A stretch of DNA of 64,000 bases, from assembly GCA_047602295.1 (NCBI GenBank), contig JASGHP010000001.1, forward strand, positions 1,800,803-1,864,802. Reading direction: 5' to 3'. The DNA is from Chitinophagaceae bacterium. Lineage in GTDB: Bacteria; Bacteroidota; Bacteroidia; Chitinophagales; Chitinophagaceae. Each line of letters opens with the position of its first letter. Positions within the stretch are counted from its first letter, which is position 1. A model generated the notes under the pieces. It had not been told where the DNA came from. It saw only the letters and a program-made list of their open reading frames with translations, and searched no databases. The position numbers and the translations under genes were made by a program. Positions 39,001 through 48,677 of this stretch are shown here, piece after piece.

Positions 39001-40092
39001 ATGCTATCATTACAAACCAAAAGAAATATTTACCGCATCATTCCCTTTGGGTTGATATGGTTGTTCTTTAGCCTGGTGTATACATTTCTAGAAAGAGGAT
39101 TGGTAGGCAAGATTGATTATTATCCCGCAACCGGAAACCCTTATCATTTTGAACGCAACCTTATTGTAACTTCTCTAACTGCGCTTGTTACAGGATTGCT
39201 TACAGGCGTGCTGGAAATTTTTTATTTCAATAAAAGATTTGTTCATCGTCCTTTTATACAAAAGCTGCTGCTTAAATCATTTATCTACCTGGGCATACTA
39301 CTGTCTTTTCTATTGTTGCTTACCGCATCTGCTAATGCAGGTGTTAATGCTTCATTTTTCAGTAAGCAGGTTTGGAGCAATGTATGGTCTTTTGTAACCA
39401 ACATTGCTTTCGTTAGTGTTCTCTTGTATATAACGTCTATTATCCTGGTAGCGCAGTTTTATGCAGAAGTGCGTGAACATATTGGCCAGGGGGTACTCAA
39501 TAATTTTTTTACCGGTAAGTATCATACACCCAAAGAAGAAGAAAGGATTTTTATGTTCCTGGATATGAAATCTTCTACAACCATTGCAGAAAGCCTTGGG
39601 CACATCCGCTATTTTGAAATGCTTCGGAGTTACTATACAGATTTATCAAACCCTATTATAGATTTTGCCGGGGAAATATATCAATATGTAGGAGATGAAA
39701 TTGTGGTTTCCTGGACGCTGGCCAATGGAGTAAAGAACAATAACTGCATCGAATGTTTTTTTGCCATGAAAGCATGTTTACAAAACCAGCAACAGCAGTA
39801 TGAAGAAAAATTTGGCGTGTTGCCTTCATTTAAAGCAGGTTTTCATGTTGGAAAAGTTACTACAGGAGAAATAGGAGCTATTAAAAAAGAAATTGTTTTT
39901 ACGGGCGATACATTAAATACTGCTGCCCGCATTCAATCGCTTTGCAATAATTATAATACAGATATTTTACTTTCTGGCGTGTTGTTGGATAAGTTGCAAT
40001 TGTCAGCAAATTTGCAGGCAGCCAACCTTGGCACCGCTGAATTACGTGGCAGAGAGGAAAGCATTAGCTTATACACTATCTCTAAAAAATAA
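39001..40092 (+). CDS. Membrane-anchored class III adenylate/guanylate cyclase
   Basis: About 5 N-terminal TM helices, then cyclase catalytic motifs FMFLDMKSSTTIAE, YVGDEIVVSW and FTGDTLNTAARIQS. Confidence 0.85.
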   Translation: MLSLQTKRNIYRIIPFGLIWLFFSLVYTFLERGLVGKIDYYPATGNPYHFERNLIVTSLTALVTGLLTGVLEIFYFNKRFVHRPFIQKLLLKSFIYLGILLSFLLLLTASANAGVNASFFSKQVWSNVWSFVTNIAFVSVLLYITSIILVAQFYAEVREHIGQGVLNNFFTGKYHTPKEEERIFMFLDMKSSTTIAESLGHIRYFEMLRSYYTDLSNPIIDFAGEIYQYVGDEIVVSWTLANGVKNNNCIECFFAMKACLQNQQQQYEEKFGVLPSFKAGFHVGKVTTGEIGAIKKEIVFTGDTLNTAARIQSLCNNYNTDILLSGVLLDKLQLSANLQAANLGTAELRGREESISLYTISKK

Positions 40093-40123
40093 AACAACCC
40101 ATCGTTATCGACGGGCTGTTGTT
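40093..40123. terminator. Imperfect hairpin between the convergent cyclase and GH20 genes
   Basis: aacaacccatcg / cgacgggctgttgtt with a 4-nt loop and one mismatch plus a bulge. Confidence 0.45.
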
Positions 40124-40151
40124 GCACAAATATTTTTGTATCGTTTACTTC

Positions 40152-41810
40152 TTAAGGATTTGCAGGTTTATTATAATTAGCTCCCCACAAATCATATCGC
40201 TTGGTTTGCACCAGCATACGCTTGCCAAAGTCTGCAAAATCTTTTCTTGACTTAGGTGTCCACAATACTTCACTTAATGCACTTACACGAGGGAAAATCA
40301 TGTATTCAACCTTTTGTGTATTGGCAATATATTCTGTCCACAAATTACCTTGTGCACCCAATACATGCTTCCCTTGTTCTTCAGTTAGTGCGGCAGGTAT
40401 CGGATCATAGCTATACACTTTATCTAAAGGAAGAAAACCGCCAATGGTAACAGAATCTTCTTTTTTGTTTTGTGCATGGTCAATGTACACGTATGAACCA
40501 GGCGTCATAATTACATCGTGGTTTTGTTTAGCAGCATCAATGCCACCTTCTTCACCGCGCCAACTCATAACAGTTGCATTGGGAGCAAGACCACCTTCCA
40601 GTATTTCATCCCAACCAATGATAGACTTTCCTTTGCTGTTGATGTATTTTTCTATACGACCAATAAAATAACTCTGCAGGCCATGCTCATCTTTCAAACC
40701 TTTTTCTTTTATCAGGTTCTGGCAAAACGCGGATTGTTTCCAGGCTTCTTTGGGGCACTCATCTCCACCAATGTGAATGTATTTAGCAGGGAACAAAGGC
40801 AGAATTTCATCAATCACATCCTGCAAGAAATTAAACGTGTATTCACTTGGGCAATACACATCTTTAAAAACACCCCATGTTTCCTGCACCAGTTTAATGC
40901 GACCCGCAGCCAGTTGTTGTTTGCTGGCATCAGAAATCATTGTGGGTGGAATAACAGTTGCTGAATCAGGAAAGCAACTTAATTGCGGATATGCAGCAAT
41001 AGCAGCACTGCTATGACCAGGCAATTCAAGTTCTGGTATTACAGTGATGTAGCGGTCTGCTGCATATTTTACCACTTCTTTTATTTGCTCTTGTGTATAG
41101 AAACCACCATAAGCTTCATTGTCGCTTCCTTTGCCAGGATAGCGGCCAATGATAGTGCCGTTTCTTTTAGAGCCAACTTCTGTAAGTTTTGGATATTTTT
41201 TTATTTCGATGCGCCAGCCCTGGTCTTCTGTAAGATGCCAGTGAAAATAATTCATCTTGTGAAGCGCTATATAGTCAATATATTTTTTTACATAATCAAC
41301 CGGAAAGAAATGACGGCCTGCATCCAGCATTAAACCACGATAAGCAAAACGTGGATAGTCTTTGATAGAAACATAAGGAATGGCAAGCTTAGCAGCGGCG
41401 GTTGCTTCCGGCACGGGCAGCAATTGTATTAAAGTCTGTATGCCATAAAAAACGCCGTTTTCATTATCGCCAGCAATGTAAACACCTTTGCCATCTACCG
41501 TAAAGGTATAAGCGCCGGGAATGGCCATATTCATCTTTTCATAGTTCAGCTTAATCACATTTTTAGAAGTAGAAGATTTTGCTGTCTTCAAAGAAAAATG
41601 ATAAAAGCGTTGGAGATAATCATTCAGAAAGCTAACAGATTTTTCCATGCCACTTCCTTCCAATACAATCACCGTAGAAGAACTTAATGTGAAATTGGCC
41701 ATAATCTTCGGCTGCCTCAGTTCTACCGGCTGCGGAATAATATTGATGGCTTGTGCAGCCGCTGCTGCTGTAATGCTACAAAGTAATACTAGCCAGGAAA
41801 GTTTTTTCAT
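40152..41810 (-). CDS. Beta-N-acetylhexosaminidase, glycoside hydrolase family 20
   Basis: RGLMLDAGRHF, HWHLTEDQGWRIEIKKYP, catalytic IHIGGDE; signal peptide. Confidence 0.9.
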   Translation of the reverse strand: MKKLSWLVLLCSITAAAAAQAINIIPQPVELRQPKIMANFTLSSSTVIVLEGSGMEKSVSFLNDYLQRFYHFSLKTAKSSTSKNVIKLNYEKMNMAIPGAYTFTVDGKGVYIAGDNENGVFYGIQTLIQLLPVPEATAAAKLAIPYVSIKDYPRFAYRGLMLDAGRHFFPVDYVKKYIDYIALHKMNYFHWHLTEDQGWRIEIKKYPKLTEVGSKRNGTIIGRYPGKGSDNEAYGGFYTQEQIKEVVKYAADRYITVIPELELPGHSSAAIAAYPQLSCFPDSATVIPPTMISDASKQQLAAGRIKLVQETWGVFKDVYCPSEYTFNFLQDVIDEILPLFPAKYIHIGGDECPKEAWKQSAFCQNLIKEKGLKDEHGLQSYFIGRIEKYINSKGKSIIGWDEILEGGLAPNATVMSWRGEEGGIDAAKQNHDVIMTPGSYVYIDHAQNKKEDSVTIGGFLPLDKVYSYDPIPAALTEEQGKHVLGAQGNLWTEYIANTQKVEYMIFPRVSALSEVLWTPKSRKDFADFGKRMLVQTKRYDLWGANYNKPANP

Positions 41811-41917
41811 TGCGGTTATTTTAATAAAGTGCTTGATAGATAGCTTGGGCTAAAGATAAGCAACCTCCATGTTATATAGGGCGCAATCGGTTGCGCGGAA
41901 TGATTTTACGAAAAGGA

Positions 41918-43813
41918 TTATGGTATCACCGGCAATACAATTAAAGAACTATTAGCCGCATCATGCAAAATTTTTATAGTGGCTTTTTGAAAGTCTTCAT
42001 TCGTAGCAGTGTAAATATTTATAAACTTTTGCGGGTTGCGATCTGCCAGCGGAAAGCAACTGCTTTGCACCTGCACCATTATTTTATGTCCCTTTAAAAA
42101 AGTATGCGCTACATCAGGCAATTCAAATTTTACTCTTTCTGTTTTATTGGGTTTAAAGGCTTCTGGTTTTGCAAAACTATTCCTGAAACGGCCACGCATA
42201 ATTTCTCCACGCACCAGTAATTCATAACCACCCATAGGGTAATCGCCACCGGCCATTCTGCGTTGCTGTGGTTGCGAATCAGCATATTTAAAATCATCAG
42301 GAAAAACATCAATAATCTTTACTACAAAATCTGCATCGGTAGTAGAGATACTGGTAAGCAGATCTGCAACTACAGTTCCTCCAATGGTTACATCTTTATC
42401 AAGCACAGGTGTTTCAAAACTAAGTACGTCAGGTCTGCGTGCAGCAAAACGTTGGTCATCGGTCATGTACTCACGTGTTCTGTAATAATGGATATCTTCT
42501 GTATATGGAACAGGATGTGCAGGGTCGCTGATGTATTCACTATATCCTCCATTGGCTGCAGGCTTTTGCCAATCCAGTTTTCCATTGGGCTGCAGGTAAA
42601 GCGCTTTGTCCTGTTTATCTGCAGGTGGCCATTGATTGTATTGATGCCATTTATTTTCTCCGCTAAAAAATATGGTTGCTTCTGCCTGTTTAGATATATC
42701 GCCTTCTCCTTTCAAAAAATAATTGAAGAAAGGAATTTCAATATTGTTCTGGTACCAGAAAGAAGTATTGTCTCCAAAACGCAAATTGCCCAGGTGTGTA
42801 CCATCTGTAGAAGCCCATTCACCATGATACCAGGGTCCCATCACCAATTTATTAAAATGTGTGGCTGGATTTTTCTTTTCAATAGCCTTGTATAAATTCC
42901 ATGCACCAAAACAATCTTCTGCATCAAACAATCCACCCACAACCATAATGGCAGGCTTTACATCATTTACAAAATTGCGTGGATTGCGTGCTTCCCACCA
43001 TGCATCATAGTTAGGATGAGAAAACAGATCGTTTAAAAACAATAAACTATCGCCACTGAGTTTTTTAAAATTGCTTAATGCGCCAATGTTTAAATAGGTT
43101 GTATAATTATCGTTGGTAGGAAGTTTCAACGAGGACGTTGGACCTACTGTAGTTGGCTTAGGACGTGGGTAACCAAAACCACCGGCATAAAAACTAAAAG
43201 CATCCATCAACATAAAAGCACCGTTGTGATGGAAATCGTCTCCCTGGAACCAATCTGTAACCGGCGCTTGCGGACTTACAGCTTTCAATGCAGGGTGACC
43301 ACTCAATGCCGCCATAGTAGAATAAAAACCGGGGTAGGAGATACCAAACACACCCACATGTTCATTGTTATACGGAAGATTTTTTACCAACCAGTCAATG
43401 GCATCATAAGTATCACTGGCTTCATCAATCTCATTACCTTTTTTATTGGGATTATATGGACGAACATCAACAAACTCACCTTCACTCATCCAGCGACCGC
43501 GTACATCTTGCGTTACTATAATGTAGTTCTCTCTTGCATAATAACGCCAATGACGGTTCCAAAGATTGGCATTGAAATTATTTTCTCCATAAGGCGCACA
43601 TGAATAAGGTGTGCGTGTCAGCAATATTGGATGCTTCTGCGAACTGTCTTTGGGAATGTAAGCGCAGGTAAATAATTTTACTCCATCACGCATGGGAATA
43701 TATCGCTCAATCTTGTAATAATGTTCTTTAATCCAGGCGGAGTCTTGTGAATATTGTGCCTTACAAAAAATGACTGCCAGTAAGCAAAATGCCAATGCAA
43801 TAAGTTTTCTCAT
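41918..43813 (-). CDS. CocE/NonD family hydrolase (peptidase S15, X-Pro dipeptidyl-peptidase-like)
   Basis: Signal peptide, MRDGVKLFT, nucleophile GISYPGFY, C-terminal beta-sandwich; 631 aa. Confidence 0.85.
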   Translation of the reverse strand: MRKLIALAFCLLAVIFCKAQYSQDSAWIKEHYYKIERYIPMRDGVKLFTCAYIPKDSSQKHPILLTRTPYSCAPYGENNFNANLWNRHWRYYARENYIIVTQDVRGRWMSEGEFVDVRPYNPNKKGNEIDEASDTYDAIDWLVKNLPYNNEHVGVFGISYPGFYSTMAALSGHPALKAVSPQAPVTDWFQGDDFHHNGAFMLMDAFSFYAGGFGYPRPKPTTVGPTSSLKLPTNDNYTTYLNIGALSNFKKLSGDSLLFLNDLFSHPNYDAWWEARNPRNFVNDVKPAIMVVGGLFDAEDCFGAWNLYKAIEKKNPATHFNKLVMGPWYHGEWASTDGTHLGNLRFGDNTSFWYQNNIEIPFFNYFLKGEGDISKQAEATIFFSGENKWHQYNQWPPADKQDKALYLQPNGKLDWQKPAANGGYSEYISDPAHPVPYTEDIHYYRTREYMTDDQRFAARRPDVLSFETPVLDKDVTIGGTVVADLLTSISTTDADFVVKIIDVFPDDFKYADSQPQQRRMAGGDYPMGGYELLVRGEIMRGRFRNSFAKPEAFKPNKTERVKFELPDVAHTFLKGHKIMVQVQSSCFPLADRNPQKFINIYTATNEDFQKATIKILHDAANSSLIVLPVIP

Positions 43814-43988
43814 GTAGTTGTATTTTTGGAGAGGCTAATTTACGAAATGAACCCTGAGGGTTGCTTATTGTTTTGTGTTAAGGTATAAGTGGTTTTCTTT
43901 CCACTACAAATGGTTTATAAAGCCGGCAATGAGCAGCACATAAACAACATAGCACCCCAAACATAACACCTAAAACAAACTGATTAAC

Positions 43989-44456
43989 ATGCAGCCACAA
44001 GAAGCGCTTATCAATAAGTTTTATACTGCTTTCCAGCAACTGGATTATGCCACCATGCAAAGTTGTTATAGCAATGATGCGGTGTTTAGCGATCCGGCTT
44101 TTGGTTTATTGCAGGCGGCAGAAGTAAAAGCTATGTGGGAAATGCTTTGCAAAAACGCCAAAGACTTTTCACTGTCTTATGGCAATATTCAATTGCTGGA
44201 CGAAGAATATGCTACCTGCGATTGGGTGGCTACCTATACTTTTTCTAAGACGGGCAGAAAAGTGGTGAACAATATTAAAGCTTACATGCGCATACAGGAT
44301 GGAAAAATAACAGAGCATACAGATAAGTTTGATTTCTGGAAATGGAGCAGGCAGGCATTGGGCACACCGGGTTTGTTATTGGGTTGGACAACCTTCATGC
44401 AAAACAAAGTGCATCAGAATGCGATAAAGAATTTGCAGCGTTTTATGAAACAATAA
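43989..44456 (+). CDS. SnoaL-like / NTF2-fold protein
   Basis: 155 aa with an NTF2-like N-terminus (LINKFYTAFQQLDYATMQSCYSNDAVFSDP). Confidence 0.7.
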   Translation: MQPQEALINKFYTAFQQLDYATMQSCYSNDAVFSDPAFGLLQAAEVKAMWEMLCKNAKDFSLSYGNIQLLDEEYATCDWVATYTFSKTGRKVVNNIKAYMRIQDGKITEHTDKFDFWKWSRQALGTPGLLLGWTTFMQNKVHQNAIKNLQRFMKQ

Positions 44457-44467
44457 AATATTCAGCA

Positions 44468-45298
44468 GTGGATAATCTACATTTTACAAGGGCTATACTA
44501 TTTAAAGAATTGCATCAGCGTGCTGGCATATTTGCCATACCCAATCCCTGGGATGCAGGTTCTGCAAAAATGCTGGCTTCTTTGGGTTTTGAAGCATTGG
44601 CCACTACCAGTGCCGGTCTTGCATTTTCATTGGGCAGGCCAGACGGTGAGGCTGCTGTTACAAGGGATGAGACATTGGAGAATGCCAAAGCGATTGTAAA
44701 CGCAACACATTTGCCAGTGGCAGCAGACTTGGAAAATGGTTTTGGCGATGAGCCGGAAGCCTGCGCACAAACTATTTTACTGGCAGCTAAGGCTGGATTG
44801 GCGGGCGGTTCCATTGAAGATGCTACAGGCTTTCCCGCAAACCCCATTTATGATTTTGATCTTTCTGTAGCCCGGGTAAAAGCGGCTGTACAAGCGGCCA
44901 GAAGTCTTGCCATACCATTTACATTAACAGCCAGGGCAGAAAATCTTATTCATGGCAAAATTGATATGGCAGATACTATTAAAAGATTGCAAGCCTATGC
45001 AGAAGCGGGTGCAGATGTATTGTTTGCGCCGGGTTTAAAAACCGTGGAAGAGATTGCAACGGTGGTAAAAGCTGTAGCACCAAAGCCAATTAATGTGGTA
45101 ATGGGACTGAGCGGTGGAAATTTTACGTTGAATCAATTGGAAGATATTGGTGTAAAAAGAGTTAGCCTTGGCTCATCGCTGGTGCGTTCTGCCTATAGTG
45201 CTTTTATGAATGCTGCTAATGAAATAAAAACAAAAGGCAGTTTTGGTTTTGCCAATGGCATTCATTCTTATGCAGACTTTAATAGTTTGTTCAGTTGA
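44468..45298 (+). CDS. Isocitrate lyase/PEP mutase family protein (2-methylisocitrate lyase-like)
   Basis: The conserved core starts at FKELHQ...IPNPWDAGSAKMLASLGFEALATTSAG, with GSIED. The in-frame GTG at 44468 avoids a 115-nt overlap with the upstream gene. The listed ORF starts at ATG 44342. Confidence 0.75.
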   Translation: MDNLHFTRAILFKELHQRAGIFAIPNPWDAGSAKMLASLGFEALATTSAGLAFSLGRPDGEAAVTRDETLENAKAIVNATHLPVAADLENGFGDEPEACAQTILLAAKAGLAGGSIEDATGFPANPIYDFDLSVARVKAAVQAARSLAIPFTLTARAENLIHGKIDMADTIKRLQAYAEAGADVLFAPGLKTVEEIATVVKAVAPKPINVVMGLSGGNFTLNQLEDIGVKRVSLGSSLVRSAYSAFMNAANEIKTKGSFGFANGIHSYADFNSLFS

Positions 45299-45582
45299 CA
45301 GAAATAAAGCTTCGATATAATAATAAATAGCAGGGATGGAATTTTTTATGTACCCAGCAGTAGTACATTGCTGATCATCGTTGCGTCGCACACTTGTACT
45401 GTAACTCTTTATTCATCTCTGGCTTCCGTGCAGCCCTTTGCCACTCTGCCACCCTGTTCCGATGGGCAGGCATCCCTCATTAGCGTACACCGCTCCTTCA
45501 TAGCTGTTTGTATATCTCGCCAAGCCCTGAAAGGGCGTAATCTGTCTGCGAGGGGTAACGCCCCCCGCAGGGATCAAAAAAA

Positions 45583-45615
45583 TAGCACCGTGCTCTTAAA
45601 GAACATCCGGTGCTA
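45583..45615 (-). terminator. Hairpin terminator of the CBS-domain gene (possibly bidirectional)
   Basis: tagcaccg (45583-45590) pairs with cggtgcta (45608-45615). The A7 run at 45575-45581 gives a U-tract on the minus strand. Confidence 0.65.
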
Positions 45616-45644
45616 CTTGTTTTAACTGATAACTTATAGTTTGT

Positions 45645-46079
45645 TTACATGCTGGCGTGCAGGTAATCTTTTAATTGGGAAATGGTTTCTTCCTGAGACA
45701 GGATGGTTTCTTTTACCACGTCGTTAATGGAAATGATGCCGCAGATGTGCTCGTTTTCAAAAACGGGCAGGTAGCGGATATTGTTTTCGCTCATCAGGTG
45801 CATGCACACTTCAATGGTATCATTGGGTGTAATGCGAGGCAGGCCTTTAGACATAATTTCTTCTACCAGTGTATCGGAAGAATGCTTGCCTTTCAGAATT
45901 ACTTTACGGGCATAGTCTCTTTCTGTAAGCAGGCCGCAATATTCGTTGCCGCGCATTACCAGCACGGAGCCAATGTTTTTGGCGGCCATCAGGCCTAATG
46001 CTTCAATAACGGTAGTTTCGGGTACAATAGAAATTAAATTTGACCCTTTGCGTTGGAGGATATCAATGACTTTTTTCAT
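45645..46079 (-). CDS. CBS domain pair protein
   Basis: 144 aa with two CBS motifs (GSVLVM...GLLTERD; RYLPVFENEHICGIISINDV). Confidence 0.85.
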   Translation of the reverse strand: MKKVIDILQRKGSNLISIVPETTVIEALGLMAAKNIGSVLVMRGNEYCGLLTERDYARKVILKGKHSSDTLVEEIMSKGLPRITPNDTIEVCMHLMSENNIRYLPVFENEHICGIISINDVVKETILSQEETISQLKDYLHASM

Positions 46080-46254
46080 GGAGCAATCGTGTTTTTGTTA
46101 TTCGTAAGTTAAGAAATTTTGCCCGTAAAACCCACTATGGGCATAAGTTTTTTTAGGCTGGGCAGCAGGCTGGGCCTGGTTTTGAATGATGTTGCCCCAT
46201 CTTGTTTGCGTAAAAACATTTTTATAGTAATGGCATAAGATATTAAGTTGCAGC

Positions 46255-47298
46255 ATGGGTTTGTACAAAACATTAAGGATAGACAGCATTAAAACAGAAA
46301 CAGCGGATACGCGGACTTTTTATCTCTCCCCTGCAGATGGATTGCCCCTGCTGTACAAGCCCGGACAGTTCCTCACTTTTGTTTTCTCAAAGCCCCAGGG
46401 AGAGGAGCGCCGCAGTTATTCTATTTCTTCCACACCGGCTTTGCATGAGCCATTGTCTATCACTGTAAAGCGCTTGGACAACGGCGAATATTCACGCAAA
46501 CTTTTTGATCTTGCTAAGCCAGGAGATTTGCTCACTACCGCTGGTGCGGCAGGCTTTTTTGTGTTGCCAGATAATGTCAATGATTATAAAGAAATTTTTT
46601 TCATGGCTGCCGGAAGCGGCATAACACCCATATTGCCGCTGATAAAAACCTTGTTGTACCTGCATCCGCAGGTAAGGGTGATACTTATATATAGTAACCG
46701 CTCTGCTGCCAGCACTATTTTTTATGATGCGTTGCAGCAATTGCAGAAAGATTTCCCCGATCGCCTGGTGATTGAATTTCTATTTAGTACGGCCGTTAAT
46801 TTAGAGAATGCCCGTCTTAGCAAATGGTTATTAGGAAGGTTGCTAATGCAATTAAGAAAAGCAGAAGTTCAGCACTCATTATTTTATACCTGTGGCCCTT
46901 TCGATTATATGCGAATGGTTTCCATAGAATTATTAGAAAGCGGTATTCCATTGCAACATATCAGGAAAGAACATTTTGTGGTGCTTAAAATGGAATCGAA
47001 AGTAATGCCACCAGATTTACACAAACATGACATTACACTTTACATCGGCAGGAAAAAATTTCAGTTTGCAACTCAGTATCCGCAAACCATATTGCAGGCT
47101 GCAAAAAAAGAAGGTATTGCATTGCCTTATAGCTGTGAGTCTGGCCGCTGCGGAAGTTGTGCTGCTATCTGCACGCATGGTAAGGTGTGGATGAGTTATA
47201 ACGAAGTATTGATGGATGATGAAATAGATCGAGGCAAAGTACTCACTTGCACAGGCTATCCTATCAATGGAGGCATTGTGTTGCGTTATGAAGTCTAA
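46255..47298 (+). CDS. Ferredoxin-NAD(P) reductase-type flavoprotein fused to a C-terminal plant-type 2Fe-2S ferredoxin
   Basis: RSYSISS FAD motif, AAGSGITP NAD motif, C-terminal CESGRCGSCA...C cluster. Confidence 0.85.
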   Translation: MGLYKTLRIDSIKTETADTRTFYLSPADGLPLLYKPGQFLTFVFSKPQGEERRSYSISSTPALHEPLSITVKRLDNGEYSRKLFDLAKPGDLLTTAGAAGFFVLPDNVNDYKEIFFMAAGSGITPILPLIKTLLYLHPQVRVILIYSNRSAASTIFYDALQQLQKDFPDRLVIEFLFSTAVNLENARLSKWLLGRLLMQLRKAEVQHSLFYTCGPFDYMRMVSIELLESGIPLQHIRKEHFVVLKMESKVMPPDLHKHDITLYIGRKKFQFATQYPQTILQAAKKEGIALPYSCESGRCGSCAAICTHGKVWMSYNEVLMDDEIDRGKVLTCTGYPINGGIVLRYEV

Positions 47299-47640
47299 CT
47301 AATAATGTGATCAGCAAAATATTTTTTCCCTCTCTTAAAATAACGATCTTTCGCGAGAGTAAAATTTGTCTCAAACAACAATAGCAAAACAGACGGCACG
47401 ATGAAATTCATTAAGATAAAATAAGAATATAAAATAACTTTTAATATCCCTCTCCCTGAATGTAACAAAGCGTTCCGGGATTTTTTTTATACCGACCAAT
47501 CCTGGTAGTGCTATAATTTCTTCCAATTATGCTCGATTCAATTTCCTGCTATGCAATAAAAATATACAGGCACAGACAACCTGTTTACATGTATGCTCGT
47601 AGTAATTAATTGAACTGCATTGCTGGTTTAAATTAATGAT

Positions 47641-48051
47641 ATGAAAAGAAAGACAATGCGTGTAACTGGTTTACTATGCCTGTTATGTATTGCTATTGGC
47701 GCGGCTATCGTATACAGGATGTACAATAAACCCCACCGGTCTGCCACAACCGAAAAAGCCGTTTCGCTGACAGCGGCTCAACTAGCCGATGAATATGAAA
47801 AAGATGAAGCGGCTGCCAATAAAAAATATTTGGGAAATGCAGTGCAGGTTAGCGGAAAGGTAAATGAGGTAACGCTTAATCAACAGAATAAATCAGTGAT
47901 TCTATTGGCTGGCGCAACAATGAGCGGTGTACAGTGTACAATGGAAGATAAGTTGCAGCCTATAAAAAAAGGAGACTCCATCATTATAAAAGGTTTTTGC
48001 AACGGGTACCTGAACGATGTTATTATAGACAGGGCGATTGTGAGCAAATAA
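47641..48051 (+). CDS. OB-fold (tRNA_anti-like) membrane-anchored protein
   Basis: N-terminal anchor, then LTAAQLADEYEKDEAAANKKYLGNAVQVSGKV, which is typical of this family. It lies upstream of a YceI gene, as is common in Bacteroidota. Confidence 0.6.
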   Translation: MKRKTMRVTGLLCLLCIAIGAAIVYRMYNKPHRSATTEKAVSLTAAQLADEYEKDEAAANKKYLGNAVQVSGKVNEVTLNQQNKSVILLAGATMSGVQCTMEDKLQPIKKGDSIIIKGFCNGYLNDVIIDRAIVSK

Positions 48052-48127
48052 GAAATCAATACTGTTCATAAAAGAGCTGTTATTATAACTGCTTAAAACA
48101 GCAACAACTATCAATAAAAAAATAAGG

Positions 48128-48676
48128 ATGAAAAAAATACATTTAGTAGTAATGGCATTGTTATGCATGGAAATGGTTACTGCCCAGGAGCTTTTTGTAA
48201 CAAGGCACGGACAAGTTTCATTTTTTGGAAAAACACCTTTAGAAAATATAGAAGCAGTAAATAATGAAGCATCCAGCGTATTGAATTTGCAGACGGGAGA
48301 AGTTGGCTTTGCGTTACTGGTAAAAGGCTTTCATTTTGAAAGAGCGCTGATGGAAGACCATTTCAATGAAAACTATATGGAAAGCGATAAAATGCCCAAA
48401 GCTTCTTTTAAAGGAAAAATTACCAATGCTTCTTCCATTGTGCCGGGGAAAGATGGTTCTTATGCAGTAACAGCAACAGGAGATATTACAGTACATGGCA
48501 TCACTAAAACTATTACAGTGTCAGGCACCATTGTAATAAAAAATGCTGTACCGCAGTTGCTGGCAAAATTTGTAATAATGCCTAAAGATTATGGTATTAA
48601 AATACCTTCATTGGTAGCAGATAAAATTGCAGACCGAATGAATGTAAGCGTAGATTGCCAGTACGAAAAAAAATAG
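48128..48676 (+). CDS. YceI family polyisoprenoid-binding protein
   Basis: Signal peptide; 182 aa; YceI-like pattern (SFFGKTPLENIEAVN, FKGKI, ITVHGITKTITV). Confidence 0.7.
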   Translation: MKKIHLVVMALLCMEMVTAQELFVTRHGQVSFFGKTPLENIEAVNNEASSVLNLQTGEVGFALLVKGFHFERALMEDHFNENYMESDKMPKASFKGKITNASSIVPGKDGSYAVTATGDITVHGITKTITVSGTIVIKNAVPQLLAKFVIMPKDYGIKIPSLVADKIADRMNVSVDCQYEKK

Positions 48677-48677
48677 G

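Noticed and set aside
45368-45625. 85-aa plus-strand ORF in the PEP-mutase/CBS intergenic region
   Set aside because: Its composition is unusual (Ser/Leu/Ala/Cys-rich), it spans hairpins and the CBS-gene terminator, and it has no motif. I treated it as non-coding structured DNA (see the finding at 45376-45572).
47299-47640. The 340-nt intergenic region upstream of the OB-fold/YceI genes as a possible riboswitch or small ORF
   Set aside because: It contains only weak hairpins and a 26-codon ORF with no coupling signal. I recognised no riboswitch core, so I leave it unannotated.
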